From: a virus
Virus record (IMG/VR): IMGVR_UViG_3300025674_000028
Coordinates: 9,230-73,229 of that record
Length of the DNA: 64,000 nucleotides
Strand: one strand, 5' to 3'
Part shown: positions 20,701 through 28,434 of the stretch, in pieces
How positions within the stretch are numbered: position 1 is the stretch's first letter
How the letters are laid out: every line of letters begins with the position of its first letter
Program-made: the position numbers and the translations under genes
Notes under the pieces: model-generated
The model's database searches: none
The model's input: the letters and a program-made list of their open reading frames with translations, nothing else
Told to the model about the DNA's origin: nothing

Positions 20701-21435
20701 GGTCTTTTTGCCTACGGCCTTTTCTAAGTCTTCGTTTTTAGCGCCGAGCAGCTTAGCGATGTCCCAGACCGGGATTGATTTGCTGCTCTTGTACAGCAGC
20801 TTAAAGTCAGGATCGTCACCCGTGCGGTCAAACAAGACTTTAAAGCTGCGCACGTTGCTTGATGTCGCCGGGTCAACGTTAAACTCAGTGACGATGTCGC
20901 CTGACTCGTTCGTGCGCGTAAATACACCAGGCTTACGACGCCACTGATGCATCATGAAGCGTTTTTTCCCGTCGACAATAAACGATCGGTCAAAGACCGG
21001 CGTCGGAATCTGACCAAGCTGCACTCTCTTGCTGCTGACCACCTTGCCTGTCTTGGTATCAACCACTTCAAAGTCACCAAAGGCGCGGACGCCATATGTC
21101 GACTTCACGCGGCCCTTTGGCTCTCGCAGCGTTTGATAGATTTTTTTGTAGTCTCTAGGGTCTGGGATGTCTGTGTGTTGGATGTCGCCCTTTAGTCTAA
21201 GACTGTACCTCCCGCCTTCAATCGGTTGATCGTAGGTCCGCTGCATCGCTTGCACGACCTCTTTCACCACAGTCTCTGCGGTCTCTGCGGGGTCAGGCAA
21301 GCTGCGAAAGGTTTCTAGAAATTCTTGACGCTGAGGGCTGACCGCTGTCGCTTCTGACAGCTTCTCTACAAATGACTGCTCTTCCGCATCCCACAATACT
21401 ACGTCGCTCTCAGGCGTATCTGGAAAGTCAGTCAT
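14797..21435 (-). CDS. rpoBC: DNA-directed RNA polymerase, fused beta-beta' single chain (2212 aa)
   Basis: Beta motifs: PVHTPESGRAG, GDKVYGRHANKA, NPAAVTGRINPSQ, YILKAKHQVDHK. Beta' motifs: KRDPVLHK, catalytic ADNDGD, GYLTKQL, EDCGT...RSPATC...CQKC, QAIGERSTQLTLSTFHAGG. Likely start ATG 21435 with GAGG SD, just after the portal stop. Confidence 0.95.
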   Translation of the reverse strand: MTDFPDTPESDVVLWDAEEQSFVEKLSEATAVSPQRQEFLETFRSLPDPAETAETVVKEVVQAMQRTYDQPIEGGRYSLRLKGDIQHTDIPDPRDYKKIYQTLREPKGRVKSTYGVRAFGDFEVVDTKTGKVVSSKRVQLGQIPTPVFDRSFIVDGKKRFMMHQWRRKPGVFTRTNESGDIVTEFNVDPATSSNVRSFKVLFDRTGDDPDFKLLYKSSKSIPVWDIAKLLGAKNEDLEKAVGKKTAKAIISQSTDERFEKSMRNLYGQVFPRYKRQKDDIEFDAVITQLKDQFNTSRVDPSITAVTLGTKSDRISAKTLLASFSRLQQVANGEPEDDRESIALKKIYSPADLLAESVGRESTVRKYVRGIESRLRRYTDNKTPIKVDQLIGSPFEKNIKGRASTSMVQRTDTSTTPLDAFGQATSTTIMGEGAIGAEMAIPKDAKLLNPGSVGFLDPVHTPESGRAGVILNVPIRTRIVKDTSSVTDRNIGHSKLMADMLSPSGRSVDVSPDKLVGKVIGAFDQWTKDGGKFKPKVDAQGMVKGWRDGEIVRVKPSEVAYYLKDSASLFDTNSALIPFVNSIQGGRIGYSDKQTTQSVPLLRREAPLVQTKFDGVTHSTETLLAEEAGAVRSAYDGVVKRIVDKDKGERYIEILPKGKRKTVQIALPKNLMLGGGAPLDSTPTVKVGDEIKKGDLLADSTFTKDGVLAMGVNLKTAYLPYHTSTFEDSITVSQSAADKMASLHMYEEGAASDTMRLGKKFWRKTVSTPLPTDIDTKLDDDGVIKVGTIIEPGDLYLVGHQSDALAGKEMLERTKQVGLYKTQDRRGAKRARRFFEKRWDHSHGGEVVDVAKERDRDGNVIGAKVYVKTVEPMEVGDKVYGRHANKATIAEIVPDDEMPRNSAGEHLEILYNPAAVTGRINPSQNFETFLGKIAKKAGAPEIVENYKYESNWDFVAQKLKEAGVADGEDLYDPRSGKTLKSIGVGNQYILKAKHQVDHKSKGRGVGTFQESGLASKGKDGAQSLGELGTYGLLAQDAREFLRSAQLYSSEDRPEVWDALAAGRPLPPGRVPGAFVRFQNYLKAAGIDVERSAKHSELRMKPLTDRDVLIMSKTNGQDNVIARPTRTVSARTMSPDKGGLFDPKATGGRGGQRWSRFELSQNIPNPVYENGIRDVLGLKKKQFENIMAGIEGVKDGDKEIYGAAAVEYMLKNVDLKSVRKQAYDVAKNDKKASKRSSAYRTIKTIDMLERNKLSPAEAFMRKQVLVLPANMRDFKIDKDSGDFVVGDVNYLYRDLAMIDEQLKDAKKRKLPQKVISELESGLYAGMLQLMQTEGSAPLSGAEYQGIVGTITGRRPVTNGREVGDLKQSLLKKTLVQRRQVLSGRTVIGPNGDLDIDEIALPRNLAVKVYRPMLEAEYKKSHPQWKTTVGRDKLRRFNKALGEYASDGKKDKEVDRILERTVKTNWVALKRDPVLHKYGFQGFRTRLTDEKTIQLNPLVYGGFGADNDGDTMAVFAPVSKAANRELKEKLRPQANLFSLASGDLAYTLSHEAILGLNRITRNPVQKKPVGSFSKVGDARKAFIEDKIDVNDLITVGGQRTTLGRSLVNQALPAGMTLDSLQSAGIVSQNYGDIGLSKKDIKKLTTHIAVKTPEAFGGAANRLRTLGAEQATLTGTTLLMEDFKPVLKKEREAAEKTLLKKLQIAKATSRTQNEHQRAIRGIFDDVLGKLNKRGMNVLKGRITSQPTQRSNVNAELTFSGARVKPVQLQQVMMGAGAVLDGRGDVVGTPIMKSYTEGLDATGYWGTLHGARMGTVSKVIEVQDPGYLTKQLINTAMDMTVTVEDCGTKSGVDVDINRPEDDLEGRFLASSVKSGNKSWNRNRLVDGNVLSFMRQKGQGKIKVRSPATCEAEEGVCQKCVGALPNGKTLPIGNNFGILASQAIGERSTQLTLSTFHAGGVYEPGDTSTAKNLFQEASALLRMPGTMGGQKAVVSPVAGKVDTIKRNREKGGWDLKIQTAGNAPNPTIFLPGNRNAPDGYDAPRFYKKGRRIGKGDVLTDGLANPKEILDATGDMEKVRGYLTNRLGNLFAEKGVLRRNVEGVVRAMTGTVEVADPGGADLLPGQKIPEAQAKKLHKTFKNLTVRPLLRGVDVAPREYREDFLARFNYNNLRQVLTDAAQTGATSNYHSTHPIPALTYAAEFNRASKAGGARNKQGDY

Positions 21436-21448
21436 GTTGTCCTCTTTG

Positions 21449-23719
21449 TTAGAAATTTGAGCCGTAGTCTCGAGTCTCTGCTCGGTTATGGCCCTTAGCG
21501 TAAACAGACCTTTCGCCCATGTATGCCTGGCCCATGTAAAGCTGAGATTGGACAGCAGTGGCGATATCCATGCCCATGTCATCCTGAATCTGCTGAATCA
21601 TACCAGGCCAGTGCATAGGGTCTACATTGCCAAACATTCTGACAAGCCGGGCAACATAATCACTGTCATCATCGTTAGAAGACGGTGAAGGCTCTGGAGT
21701 TGCGTTTGGGTCGTTTACAAAATCCCCCAGCAACATTTTCACAGCTTGTGGATCTACAGCATCCAGAGTCATCTGCGCACTTTGATCTGCTGCTGCTTGA
21801 GGAGCGACCATTTGAGGGATAGGCGTCTGCGGCGTCTCTGACTGTATTGCCCTGTTAGACAGTTGAGACACTTCCGCGCTGTTGGGTCCAAAGATAGACG
21901 CAGCGAGCTCAGGACTGGCCATGACATGCTGGTACATCTGCGGATCTGACCGAACGCGCTCAGCCAACTTCTTCGCCTCTTCCAGCATCGTCTCCTGGCC
22001 TTTAACTTGACCTTCGGCTTGCCCCATCGTCTGACGCAACATGATCTCCTGCTGCGTTCTGGCGTCAAGCTTCATGCGGTTGCGCTGCAACTCCATCTCA
22101 AACATGACATCTTCACGGATGTCTTGACGCTCAGATTCTGTGTCAATACGAAGCAAACGGTGAAGACGTCGTGTACCGACGGCATACTGGCCTTTGAGTG
22201 ATGCGATCATCTGAATAAAGGGCAAGTCCTGACCGAGTCGGAATTCGTCAAATTCAACAATGACGTCTGGCCACCCCATCACTTCACAAATCCTACGCAC
22301 GACCCACTTATTCATCGCCAATAGGTCTGCTCGATAGTCCTCCAGCTTTTTAATCATCTGCTGGATGCTGACGTCGCTTCCACTGTAAGACAAGCCGCCG
22401 AAGATAAACTCAATAGGACATTCAAGCGCTGCACACAGAATCTCCATGTACACTCTGATTTCAGACGACAACAGCAGCGCTTTACCATCCCCGCCTACCC
22501 TGGTCGAGGCTACAGGAAATGGCATGACGGGGCGGTAGTTTGGATCTTGCCTGTGCTGGGCCAACTCGCCTCGGATGACGTCCATGTAGTTTGCGACGTT
22601 GATCATCTCAAACAAGTTGCCACTTCGCGCCGAAGACTCTGGATAGACAATGTCTAGGGGGTAGATGTGCAGGTTACTGATCGATTCGCTGGCACGCTGA
22701 AGCTGCCGCATTTGCCAGTAGTCTTTGAGACTCGACAGGAATGCGGGCATGGGCAGGCCGTGCTTCGCAAACTCCAAGTGGACATTGCGCATCAGGTAAA
22801 ACTGGTCATCGCGCAACTTGACAAAGGGCTTGTCAGACATCCACCCGCCATATCGACGCAATCCCAGTGCTGCTTCAATGTATGCCTGAGGCTGGCGCAA
22901 GATAAACGCCCGATCCCCGTACTCCTTCGAGCGCAGCCGCTCAATGGTATGCGAGTCGATCTTTAAGTAGACATCGACATCGTCGCCAGCACCACTTTTG
23001 AGCGTATGGACCATGCTCATGTCTGGGACGCTCAGCTTCACGTCGTGCGGGGAACGGATGTAGCGATCCGTCACCATTTTTGGGCCTTTGCTACTGCAAT
23101 GTATGCAGCACGCCTCAAATCGTCCGTCTTCCTTCAATTCCCAGTCCGATTGATCAGCCCTAAAGGTCTTCGTGCAATCTGGACAGGTCAGCATCTTAAT
23201 GAAGGGGAAATGTATTTGGACGACACTGCTGCTGTACGTCCAAAACTGAACCCCCACGCGCTGATTAAACTTCTTAAGGCGCAAGTGATCGTCTAAGAGG
23301 GCCCGCACTCGATCAGTCAACGCATCCTCTGGCATTGCAAAGGAGTCAGTGCGTTCCTCACGGACCTTTTGACCTCTACGGGGTGTGTGCCGCTTACTCT
23401 TTATGACTGGATCAGTGGCGGGCAGGCACGCCATGTTTCGCACAAACGCTTTGTGGACAGGTGACCATATTGCCAGAAATTTACACAGCTTAAACATCTC
23501 CTGAGGGTCTTCAGGGATGGATAAGTTAGACAGGTCTGTAAAGGGCGAACTGCTGGGCACAAACCCGCCAACGGAAGCGGCACCAGACCCTACTGTCGGC
23601 GAAGCGTTGTAGCCATTGCTTACATACTCAGAAAGGCTATCATTCATGCCTCGAGGAGACAGTCCAGTGCGAGGCAGCCTGGGCTTGTTTAATGCGGGCG
23701 GTCCTACGATGTTTGCCAC
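21449..23719 (-). CDS. Probable portal protein with Zn-ribbon insertion
   Basis: 756 aa, mostly helical, with portal-like C-terminal ICAALECPIEFIFGGLSYSG and WPDVIVEFDEF segments, CPDC/CIHC insert, and Q-rich coiled tail; head-gene context. Confidence 0.6.
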   Translation of the reverse strand: MANIVGPPALNKPRLPRTGLSPRGMNDSLSEYVSNGYNASPTVGSGAASVGGFVPSSSPFTDLSNLSIPEDPQEMFKLCKFLAIWSPVHKAFVRNMACLPATDPVIKSKRHTPRRGQKVREERTDSFAMPEDALTDRVRALLDDHLRLKKFNQRVGVQFWTYSSSVVQIHFPFIKMLTCPDCTKTFRADQSDWELKEDGRFEACCIHCSSKGPKMVTDRYIRSPHDVKLSVPDMSMVHTLKSGAGDDVDVYLKIDSHTIERLRSKEYGDRAFILRQPQAYIEAALGLRRYGGWMSDKPFVKLRDDQFYLMRNVHLEFAKHGLPMPAFLSSLKDYWQMRQLQRASESISNLHIYPLDIVYPESSARSGNLFEMINVANYMDVIRGELAQHRQDPNYRPVMPFPVASTRVGGDGKALLLSSEIRVYMEILCAALECPIEFIFGGLSYSGSDVSIQQMIKKLEDYRADLLAMNKWVVRRICEVMGWPDVIVEFDEFRLGQDLPFIQMIASLKGQYAVGTRRLHRLLRIDTESERQDIREDVMFEMELQRNRMKLDARTQQEIMLRQTMGQAEGQVKGQETMLEEAKKLAERVRSDPQMYQHVMASPELAASIFGPNSAEVSQLSNRAIQSETPQTPIPQMVAPQAAADQSAQMTLDAVDPQAVKMLLGDFVNDPNATPEPSPSSNDDDSDYVARLVRMFGNVDPMHWPGMIQQIQDDMGMDIATAVQSQLYMGQAYMGERSVYAKGHNRAETRDYGSNF

Positions 23720-23723
23720 AATA

Positions 23724-24611
23724 TCACCTCATAGCCTCGGCAATCTGCTCTGATAGCTTTTCAAGCACCAACTCACGAGCAACTTCTCCTCGATGGTACA
23801 ACTGATTAAAGCGCCCATGGAAGTCGAGTACTCGAATAACTTGTATTCTCGTAATCAGCTCTCGCTCTGAAATACCTTCTTCATCAGGGTCAGCTGCATC
23901 GTCACTGCCTTTTTGATCTATCAACAAGCCAATGACGCGCTTTTGGACGGCATCAACGTCTGCTCTACCGACTGGTATGCGCAAATACTGGAGGTTTTGA
24001 TATACAGCGTCTTGCGCCATTGCCAAGATCTCTGGCAGGCACCACGTCCCGTGGTATAGACAACATGAAGCAATGGCGCCCATCACCTGATCGGAGAAGC
24101 CGTGCGGTCTAAACTCCAAGGCAATGTGGGCGGCAATAGCTATCTCAACGGGCGTCGGCACACACATCTCGCCCCACTTCACAGGGCGCCCCATAAGCGC
24201 ACACGTCATGAACAAAAAGCTGTTCCAGTCGCGGTAAAAGGGGTTGTTGTGAAGAGGGGCGCGCAAGAGGCACCAGAGCGCCATCAACTTACTGTGTCCC
24301 GGTCCGTCGAAAAAGTAATTGTCTTTTGCAAGCTCTTCGACAAGGACTTCCCATTCGTGCATCCACCACTGTTTGCCCAGCTTCGCGACAAGCAAGTAAT
24401 ACAGAGCCTCGCATGGAATGCGACCGACCCTGCGCCGAGACTCGTCGTCAGTCAGCTGTTCTAGCGCAATCTCTTCTTCGGAGTCGTCACGAGACAGGTC
24501 TACTTCCCAATCAAAGTGCACTACTTCGACGGGCGCAACACCAGTAAAAGGGTCTTCACCGTGCTTCTGGCGCACGCGCTCCAAAGCATCCTGAGGAGTA
24601 ATTTCAACCAT
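23724..24611 (-). CDS. Hypothetical protein (head module)
   Basis: 295-aa ORF with AAGGAG SD, immediately upstream of the portal gene. Confidence 0.7.
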   Translation of the reverse strand: MVEITPQDALERVRQKHGEDPFTGVAPVEVVHFDWEVDLSRDDSEEEIALEQLTDDESRRRVGRIPCEALYYLLVAKLGKQWWMHEWEVLVEELAKDNYFFDGPGHSKLMALWCLLRAPLHNNPFYRDWNSFLFMTCALMGRPVKWGEMCVPTPVEIAIAAHIALEFRPHGFSDQVMGAIASCCLYHGTWCLPEILAMAQDAVYQNLQYLRIPVGRADVDAVQKRVIGLLIDQKGSDDAADPDEEGISERELITRIQVIRVLDFHGRFNQLYHRGEVARELVLEKLSEQIAEAMR

Positions 24612-24624
24612 GTTTTAGCGCTCC

Positions 24625-25863
24625 TTACGGACGCGCAGTGGGGCTTGGATACAAACGACCGCCACGGATACGTTCGTTCATAAAGTTTGCCATCCAACGC
24701 TTCCCAGCTGCCGACAATTTTTCAAATGTGGCGATAGGGTCGGTGCGCAAGCCTTGTACGACATCGCTGCTGAAGATTTCTTTGACGTGCCTCAGGGGCA
24801 TCAGCTCCAGCTGGTCAAAATCGCATTCTCGGAGAATGATTGCGCCTTCAGAGTAAACAACTGGACTGGCAGGCTTAGCCGACTGTTTTTCCATTGCGGT
24901 TGGAAAAAACACACTGAACGCAGGAGTGACTTTATCCTGGATGCCTAATGCTTCGTCTAAGCCAGACATCTGCATCGCAACGGATATGCCCTCTTCAATC
25001 GTCCACGGCGCGCTTCGCTTTTCCACTGTTGAAAGCAATCCTTCATACGCCGCAATGAGCCTATCGCCATTAGTCACAGTGTCAGCTGACAATTTGACTT
25101 GATCCAGCGCCTCTCTTCGCTCATCAACCATGTACGCGGCGTCCTGCCTGACACTCGTCAGGTCATGGGCGTGCTTCATCAGGCTGCGATGATATGTTTT
25201 TCCCACGCGGCTACGAATAGGATCTATTCCAAAATGCAGGTACCCGTCTATGAGTCCTACAGCCATAGTGTGCCGGGCGTAAGACGACAATTTGTGGGCG
25301 TTGCGATCAAGCCATAGGTGCGCGTCCTTTAAGTCAGATACTTTACGCACGGGCACAGAAACGTCCTGGCTGTCACGCAGCAGAGGATTTGCCGAGACTT
25401 TAATGAAGAACTCGACAGGGCCCTTGCCCTTTGTGCTCTTTTTTTGAAGAGAACGTGCAATGTTGAAGTCAGCATCCCATTCACTGTTCCACGCCCAATA
25501 ACGACGTGCAGTGCCAGAGCAAACCATTTTTAGTTCGCGGGGAGCTTCAACCTGCATTTCACTCAGCCTGTTTACAAGCAATTTTGCTGCAGCTCCTGCC
25601 ATGTCTGATGGGATGGCATCGTGAAGTCCCACTACGACCCCTGCACTGTGCTTTGCTAACGCGGCGGTGGCCATAGGTAACAGCCTGTGGACAGTGCCAG
25701 TTGGGCCGTGGCAAATCAGCGCAAACTCAGAGTCTGGCAAAGTTTCAAGTAAATCCTGAACCTCAGCGCTGCTGATCTTCAACATCGCGCTGTCTACTTC
25801 CCAGGGTAAGTTACAGAAACCATCATATGAGACATTTGCCCGTGGTGCGTCTGGTTGCTTCAT
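24625..25863 (-). CDS. Putative head/internal protein, K-x-S rich
   Basis: 412 aa; 10 of 23 lysines are in K-x-S (hand count); first gene of the leftward block. Confidence 0.6.
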   Translation of the reverse strand: MKQPDAPRANVSYDGFCNLPWEVDSAMLKISSAEVQDLLETLPDSEFALICHGPTGTVHRLLPMATAALAKHSAGVVVGLHDAIPSDMAGAAAKLLVNRLSEMQVEAPRELKMVCSGTARRYWAWNSEWDADFNIARSLQKKSTKGKGPVEFFIKVSANPLLRDSQDVSVPVRKVSDLKDAHLWLDRNAHKLSSYARHTMAVGLIDGYLHFGIDPIRSRVGKTYHRSLMKHAHDLTSVRQDAAYMVDERREALDQVKLSADTVTNGDRLIAAYEGLLSTVEKRSAPWTIEEGISVAMQMSGLDEALGIQDKVTPAFSVFFPTAMEKQSAKPASPVVYSEGAIILRECDFDQLELMPLRHVKEIFSSDVVQGLRTDPIATFEKLSAAGKRWMANFMNERIRGGRLYPSPTARP

Positions 25864-25942
25864 CGTTTTTTGGCTCCGAATTAGACGTCGTGCGGCAGCC
25901 CATCGCAGGCTTACAGATCAGTAGAGTACACGAAACTGTTTT

Positions 25943-25959
25943 TGGACATAAGACCATTG
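25943..25959 (+). promoter_or_regulatory. Candidate phage promoter Y-GGACATAAG-N5-YG, copy 2
   Basis: tGGACATAAGaccatTG in the divergent intergenic region, 52 nt before the first gene of the plus-strand block; followed by an 8-bp hairpin at 25963-25984. Confidence 0.75.
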
Positions 25960-26011
25960 ACCGCACACGCCGACCTGCGTGTGCACTTTGTAAACCACAG
26001 AGGAGAAGACA

Positions 26012-26782
26012 ATGGCAAACATTACTAATCTCAGCAACCGAGGGCTGAGTGAGGGCACGGGAAGCCAAGTGGGTACGTTTATCCCAAAGGAAAAGTTGTT
26101 TAACCTTTACACACAGACGCTGGCCGAGGCTCACCAGATCCGAGACCAGATGAAGTCTGTACCGCCCTCAGAGCCTCAATTCAAGGCACTGAAGACGAGA
26201 TACGACTCGGCGCAGCAACGCCTTGTCGGACTCCAAGTGCTCGTTGACAAGCACGGATGGGCCAACGACTTGAAGAAGTACGCGGGCATCCAGCTGGCGC
26301 ACGTCTACAACGTCGGCAGCCGGCAGCCGACAAGCCTCACAAGGTCAACGTCGGCGACCATGGACAGCCTTCGCCAGAAGTATGTCAACGACCCCGTCCG
26401 ATGGACGACTGCCTTGCAGGAGGGGGAGCAAGCGATAAGTGAGGGGACTCAGTCTAATCAGCAGACGCTGCCAACCATCAGCCCGCAACTCCAAGGCACG
26501 GTGCAACTGAACAACTCAGGCGCGCAGATGGTCAGCGGCATGAACGCCGACTTTGCGCGACTGGCAAACAGCCAGCCTGCGCGACTGAACCTGATGCCTC
26601 CTGGCGCGGGTCGCGACAGCGTTGACTTCCTGAACATCTTCGTCGTCAATGGTCTTGCAGCAGGCATGACGTGGGCGGTGAACAAGATGGCGCAGGGTCA
26701 CAACTTCTTTGCACCGACCACGCCGGCCCACGAGATGCACTTCCAGCAGCACTACTTCAAAACCGTCACCGGCAACGAGTGA
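26012..26782 (+). CDS. Hypothetical protein, first gene of the plus-strand block
   Basis: 256 aa, strong GAGGAG SD, C-ending codon bias. Confidence 0.85.
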   Translation: MANITNLSNRGLSEGTGSQVGTFIPKEKLFNLYTQTLAEAHQIRDQMKSVPPSEPQFKALKTRYDSAQQRLVGLQVLVDKHGWANDLKKYAGIQLAHVYNVGSRQPTSLTRSTSATMDSLRQKYVNDPVRWTTALQEGEQAISEGTQSNQQTLPTISPQLQGTVQLNNSGAQMVSGMNADFARLANSQPARLNLMPPGAGRDSVDFLNIFVVNGLAAGMTWAVNKMAQGHNFFAPTTPAHEMHFQQHYFKTVTGNE

Positions 26783-26793
26783 CATTCCTGACA

Positions 26794-26831
26794 TGCACCC
26801 CCCTTCGTCCTGTTGGGGCGAAGGGGGTGCA
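26794..26831 (+). terminator. Strong GC-rich stem-loop after the stop of 26012..26782 (terminator or mRNA stabiliser; no U-tract)
   Basis: tgcaccccccttcgtcc-tgtt-ggggcgaagggggtgca inverted repeat. Confidence 0.5.
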
Positions 26832-26854
26832 CAAGCATCTCCATGAGGTTTTAC

Positions 26855-27019
26855 ATGTCAAACCCTTTCAGTCCCTTCTTTACGGATGCGACACGCCAGA
26901 TTTCCCAGCAGCAGTTGATGGCAATGCTGATGCGCATTGAGCAGAGACTTGCTGCGATCGAAAAAAGACTGGAGCAAATCCAGGCACAGCAAAACTCAAA
27001 ACCGCAGGAGACAAAATGA
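26855..27019 (+). CDS. Small coiled-coil protein
   Basis: ATG 26855 with GAGG SD; heptads LMRIEQRLAAIEKRLEQI; ATGA overlap with the next gene. Confidence 0.7.
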   Translation: MSNPFSPFFTDATRQISQQQLMAMLMRIEQRLAAIEKRLEQIQAQQNSKPQETK

Positions 27020-28131
27020 CAACCGACGATGGCCGTGCTGATGCATGGAAAGGACATTACAAAGCCTGGCGCCACTGCCTCCGCTGTAAAAACGCTGATT
27101 GGCGCTGTCACCATGACCCCGACATCAACAAGCGCGCTACACCAACTCCAATGGCGGGATCACTGAAGACATATACGAACTGGCGCAAGCCAAAAATTGT
27201 CAATCAGTTTCCGATCGTCTTGCTTCTACCTTTCCCGGACAGCGTTCAATCTTACTACGCCAGTCCTGTCGGCAACGTCAAAGACAATAAGGAAGAGTGG
27301 TCTCCTCAACTCCACGCACTTGTCAGCGTATGGGGTGATTTGGAAGGCAAGCTGCCTTACGACCTCGCAGAAATCCCCATCGTCTTTGCGTTAGGGTGTC
27401 GTCCCGTCAATTGGCGCCGGACGCGCGACGTTGTAGGTCCAAGTCAAACCATCCTGTCGTCGTGTCGGCGCAGATGGCAGGAGCAACTGCTGATGATTGA
27501 CCCTGCGCTCGTGATTTCGTTTGGCCACTGGGGGCACGCGACTCTCTTTCCAAACGAAATGAAGAAAGGCGACTACAGCGATTCTTTGGGCGAAGTCAAG
27601 ACATTCTCAATTCCCTCTCCAAAGGGCAGTGTCAGTTACCCTGCCTATATTGCATATGATCCATATGTCGTTGCCGACAGAGCTCGAAATGACCAGTGGA
27701 CGCGGCCCTTTAGTGCCCTCCCCACGTCATCGTCTGCCAAGCACCCCGTCGAGGCTTTACGCTGGGATATTTGGAGAGCCTGTTGGCTAGGCAAGGTTTT
27801 GGAGTTGTCTTCGCATGGGGAGTTTACCTTGCCGGGCGTTGATGAGGGACTGGATGAGTGGGTATCTATGGTCACTGCGCTAAACGACTTTTATGACGGA
27901 CGAGACCATGTGACGGATGCAGTCAGTCAAGTTGAAGGGTATGTTGACTATCTGACAAAGGTTGAGACATCGCCCCAGAATGTGCGCCTAGCACAGTTGG
28001 GTGAGATACCTGCCGAACGGCCTAAGACACACATCTTTAACAAGATCGGCGCGCACCGTAAAAGAAGCATGAACGCAGATATGGAGGACTTCGACGATGG
28101 AGATTCCACAAGCCCTTCGACGCAAAGTTAA
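27016..28131 (+). CDS. Uracil-DNA glycosylase family 4-like protein (degenerate active site)
   Basis: CLRC, LGCRP and CRRRWQEQLLMIDPALVISFG match the Fe-S family-4 UDG pattern; the GEAPG and HPAA motifs are replaced by LPFPD and YDPY. Confidence 0.65.
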   Translation: MTTDDGRADAWKGHYKAWRHCLRCKNADWRCHHDPDINKRATPTPMAGSLKTYTNWRKPKIVNQFPIVLLLPFPDSVQSYYASPVGNVKDNKEEWSPQLHALVSVWGDLEGKLPYDLAEIPIVFALGCRPVNWRRTRDVVGPSQTILSSCRRRWQEQLLMIDPALVISFGHWGHATLFPNEMKKGDYSDSLGEVKTFSIPSPKGSVSYPAYIAYDPYVVADRARNDQWTRPFSALPTSSSAKHPVEALRWDIWRACWLGKVLELSSHGEFTLPGVDEGLDEWVSMVTALNDFYDGRDHVTDAVSQVEGYVDYLTKVETSPQNVRLAQLGEIPAERPKTHIFNKIGAHRKRSMNADMEDFDDGDSTSPSTQS

Positions 28132-28420
28132 GCCTGCCCTTAAGCGCCTAGCCTTACTGGGCGTGATGGTGTGGAGACTTAAGAAAAGTCCACTGAGGCA
28201 AAAGCAACAACTTCGTAAGGATTTGCGTCAGGCTGGACACGACTTGCTCAACAACGTGCTCGCTGTTCTTGACCCATTCTTAGATACTGTCGCTTCCTTT
28301 GAGTTTGATGAGTTGCAGGTACATCTTAAGAAAGAAGATGGTGACTCAATCAAAGTGTACGTCGAGATTTGCGGTGAACACCGCATACTGACGACGACCT
28401 GGCAGTTTGATGCCCTCTAA
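28097..28420 (+). CDS. Hypothetical protein
   Basis: GGAGG SD; fills the gap in the operon. Confidence 0.6.
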   Translation: MEIPQALRRKVKPALKRLALLGVMVWRLKKSPLRQKQQLRKDLRQAGHDLLNNVLAVLDPFLDTVASFEFDELQVHLKKEDGDSIKVYVEICGEHRILTTTWQFDAL

Positions 28421-28434
28421 ATTTAGGAGTCCAA

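Noticed and set aside
21436-21582. 49-aa N-terminal extension of the RNAP in the ORF track
   Set aside because: Overlaps the portal gene by 134 nt; ATG 21435 has a good SD just after the portal stop
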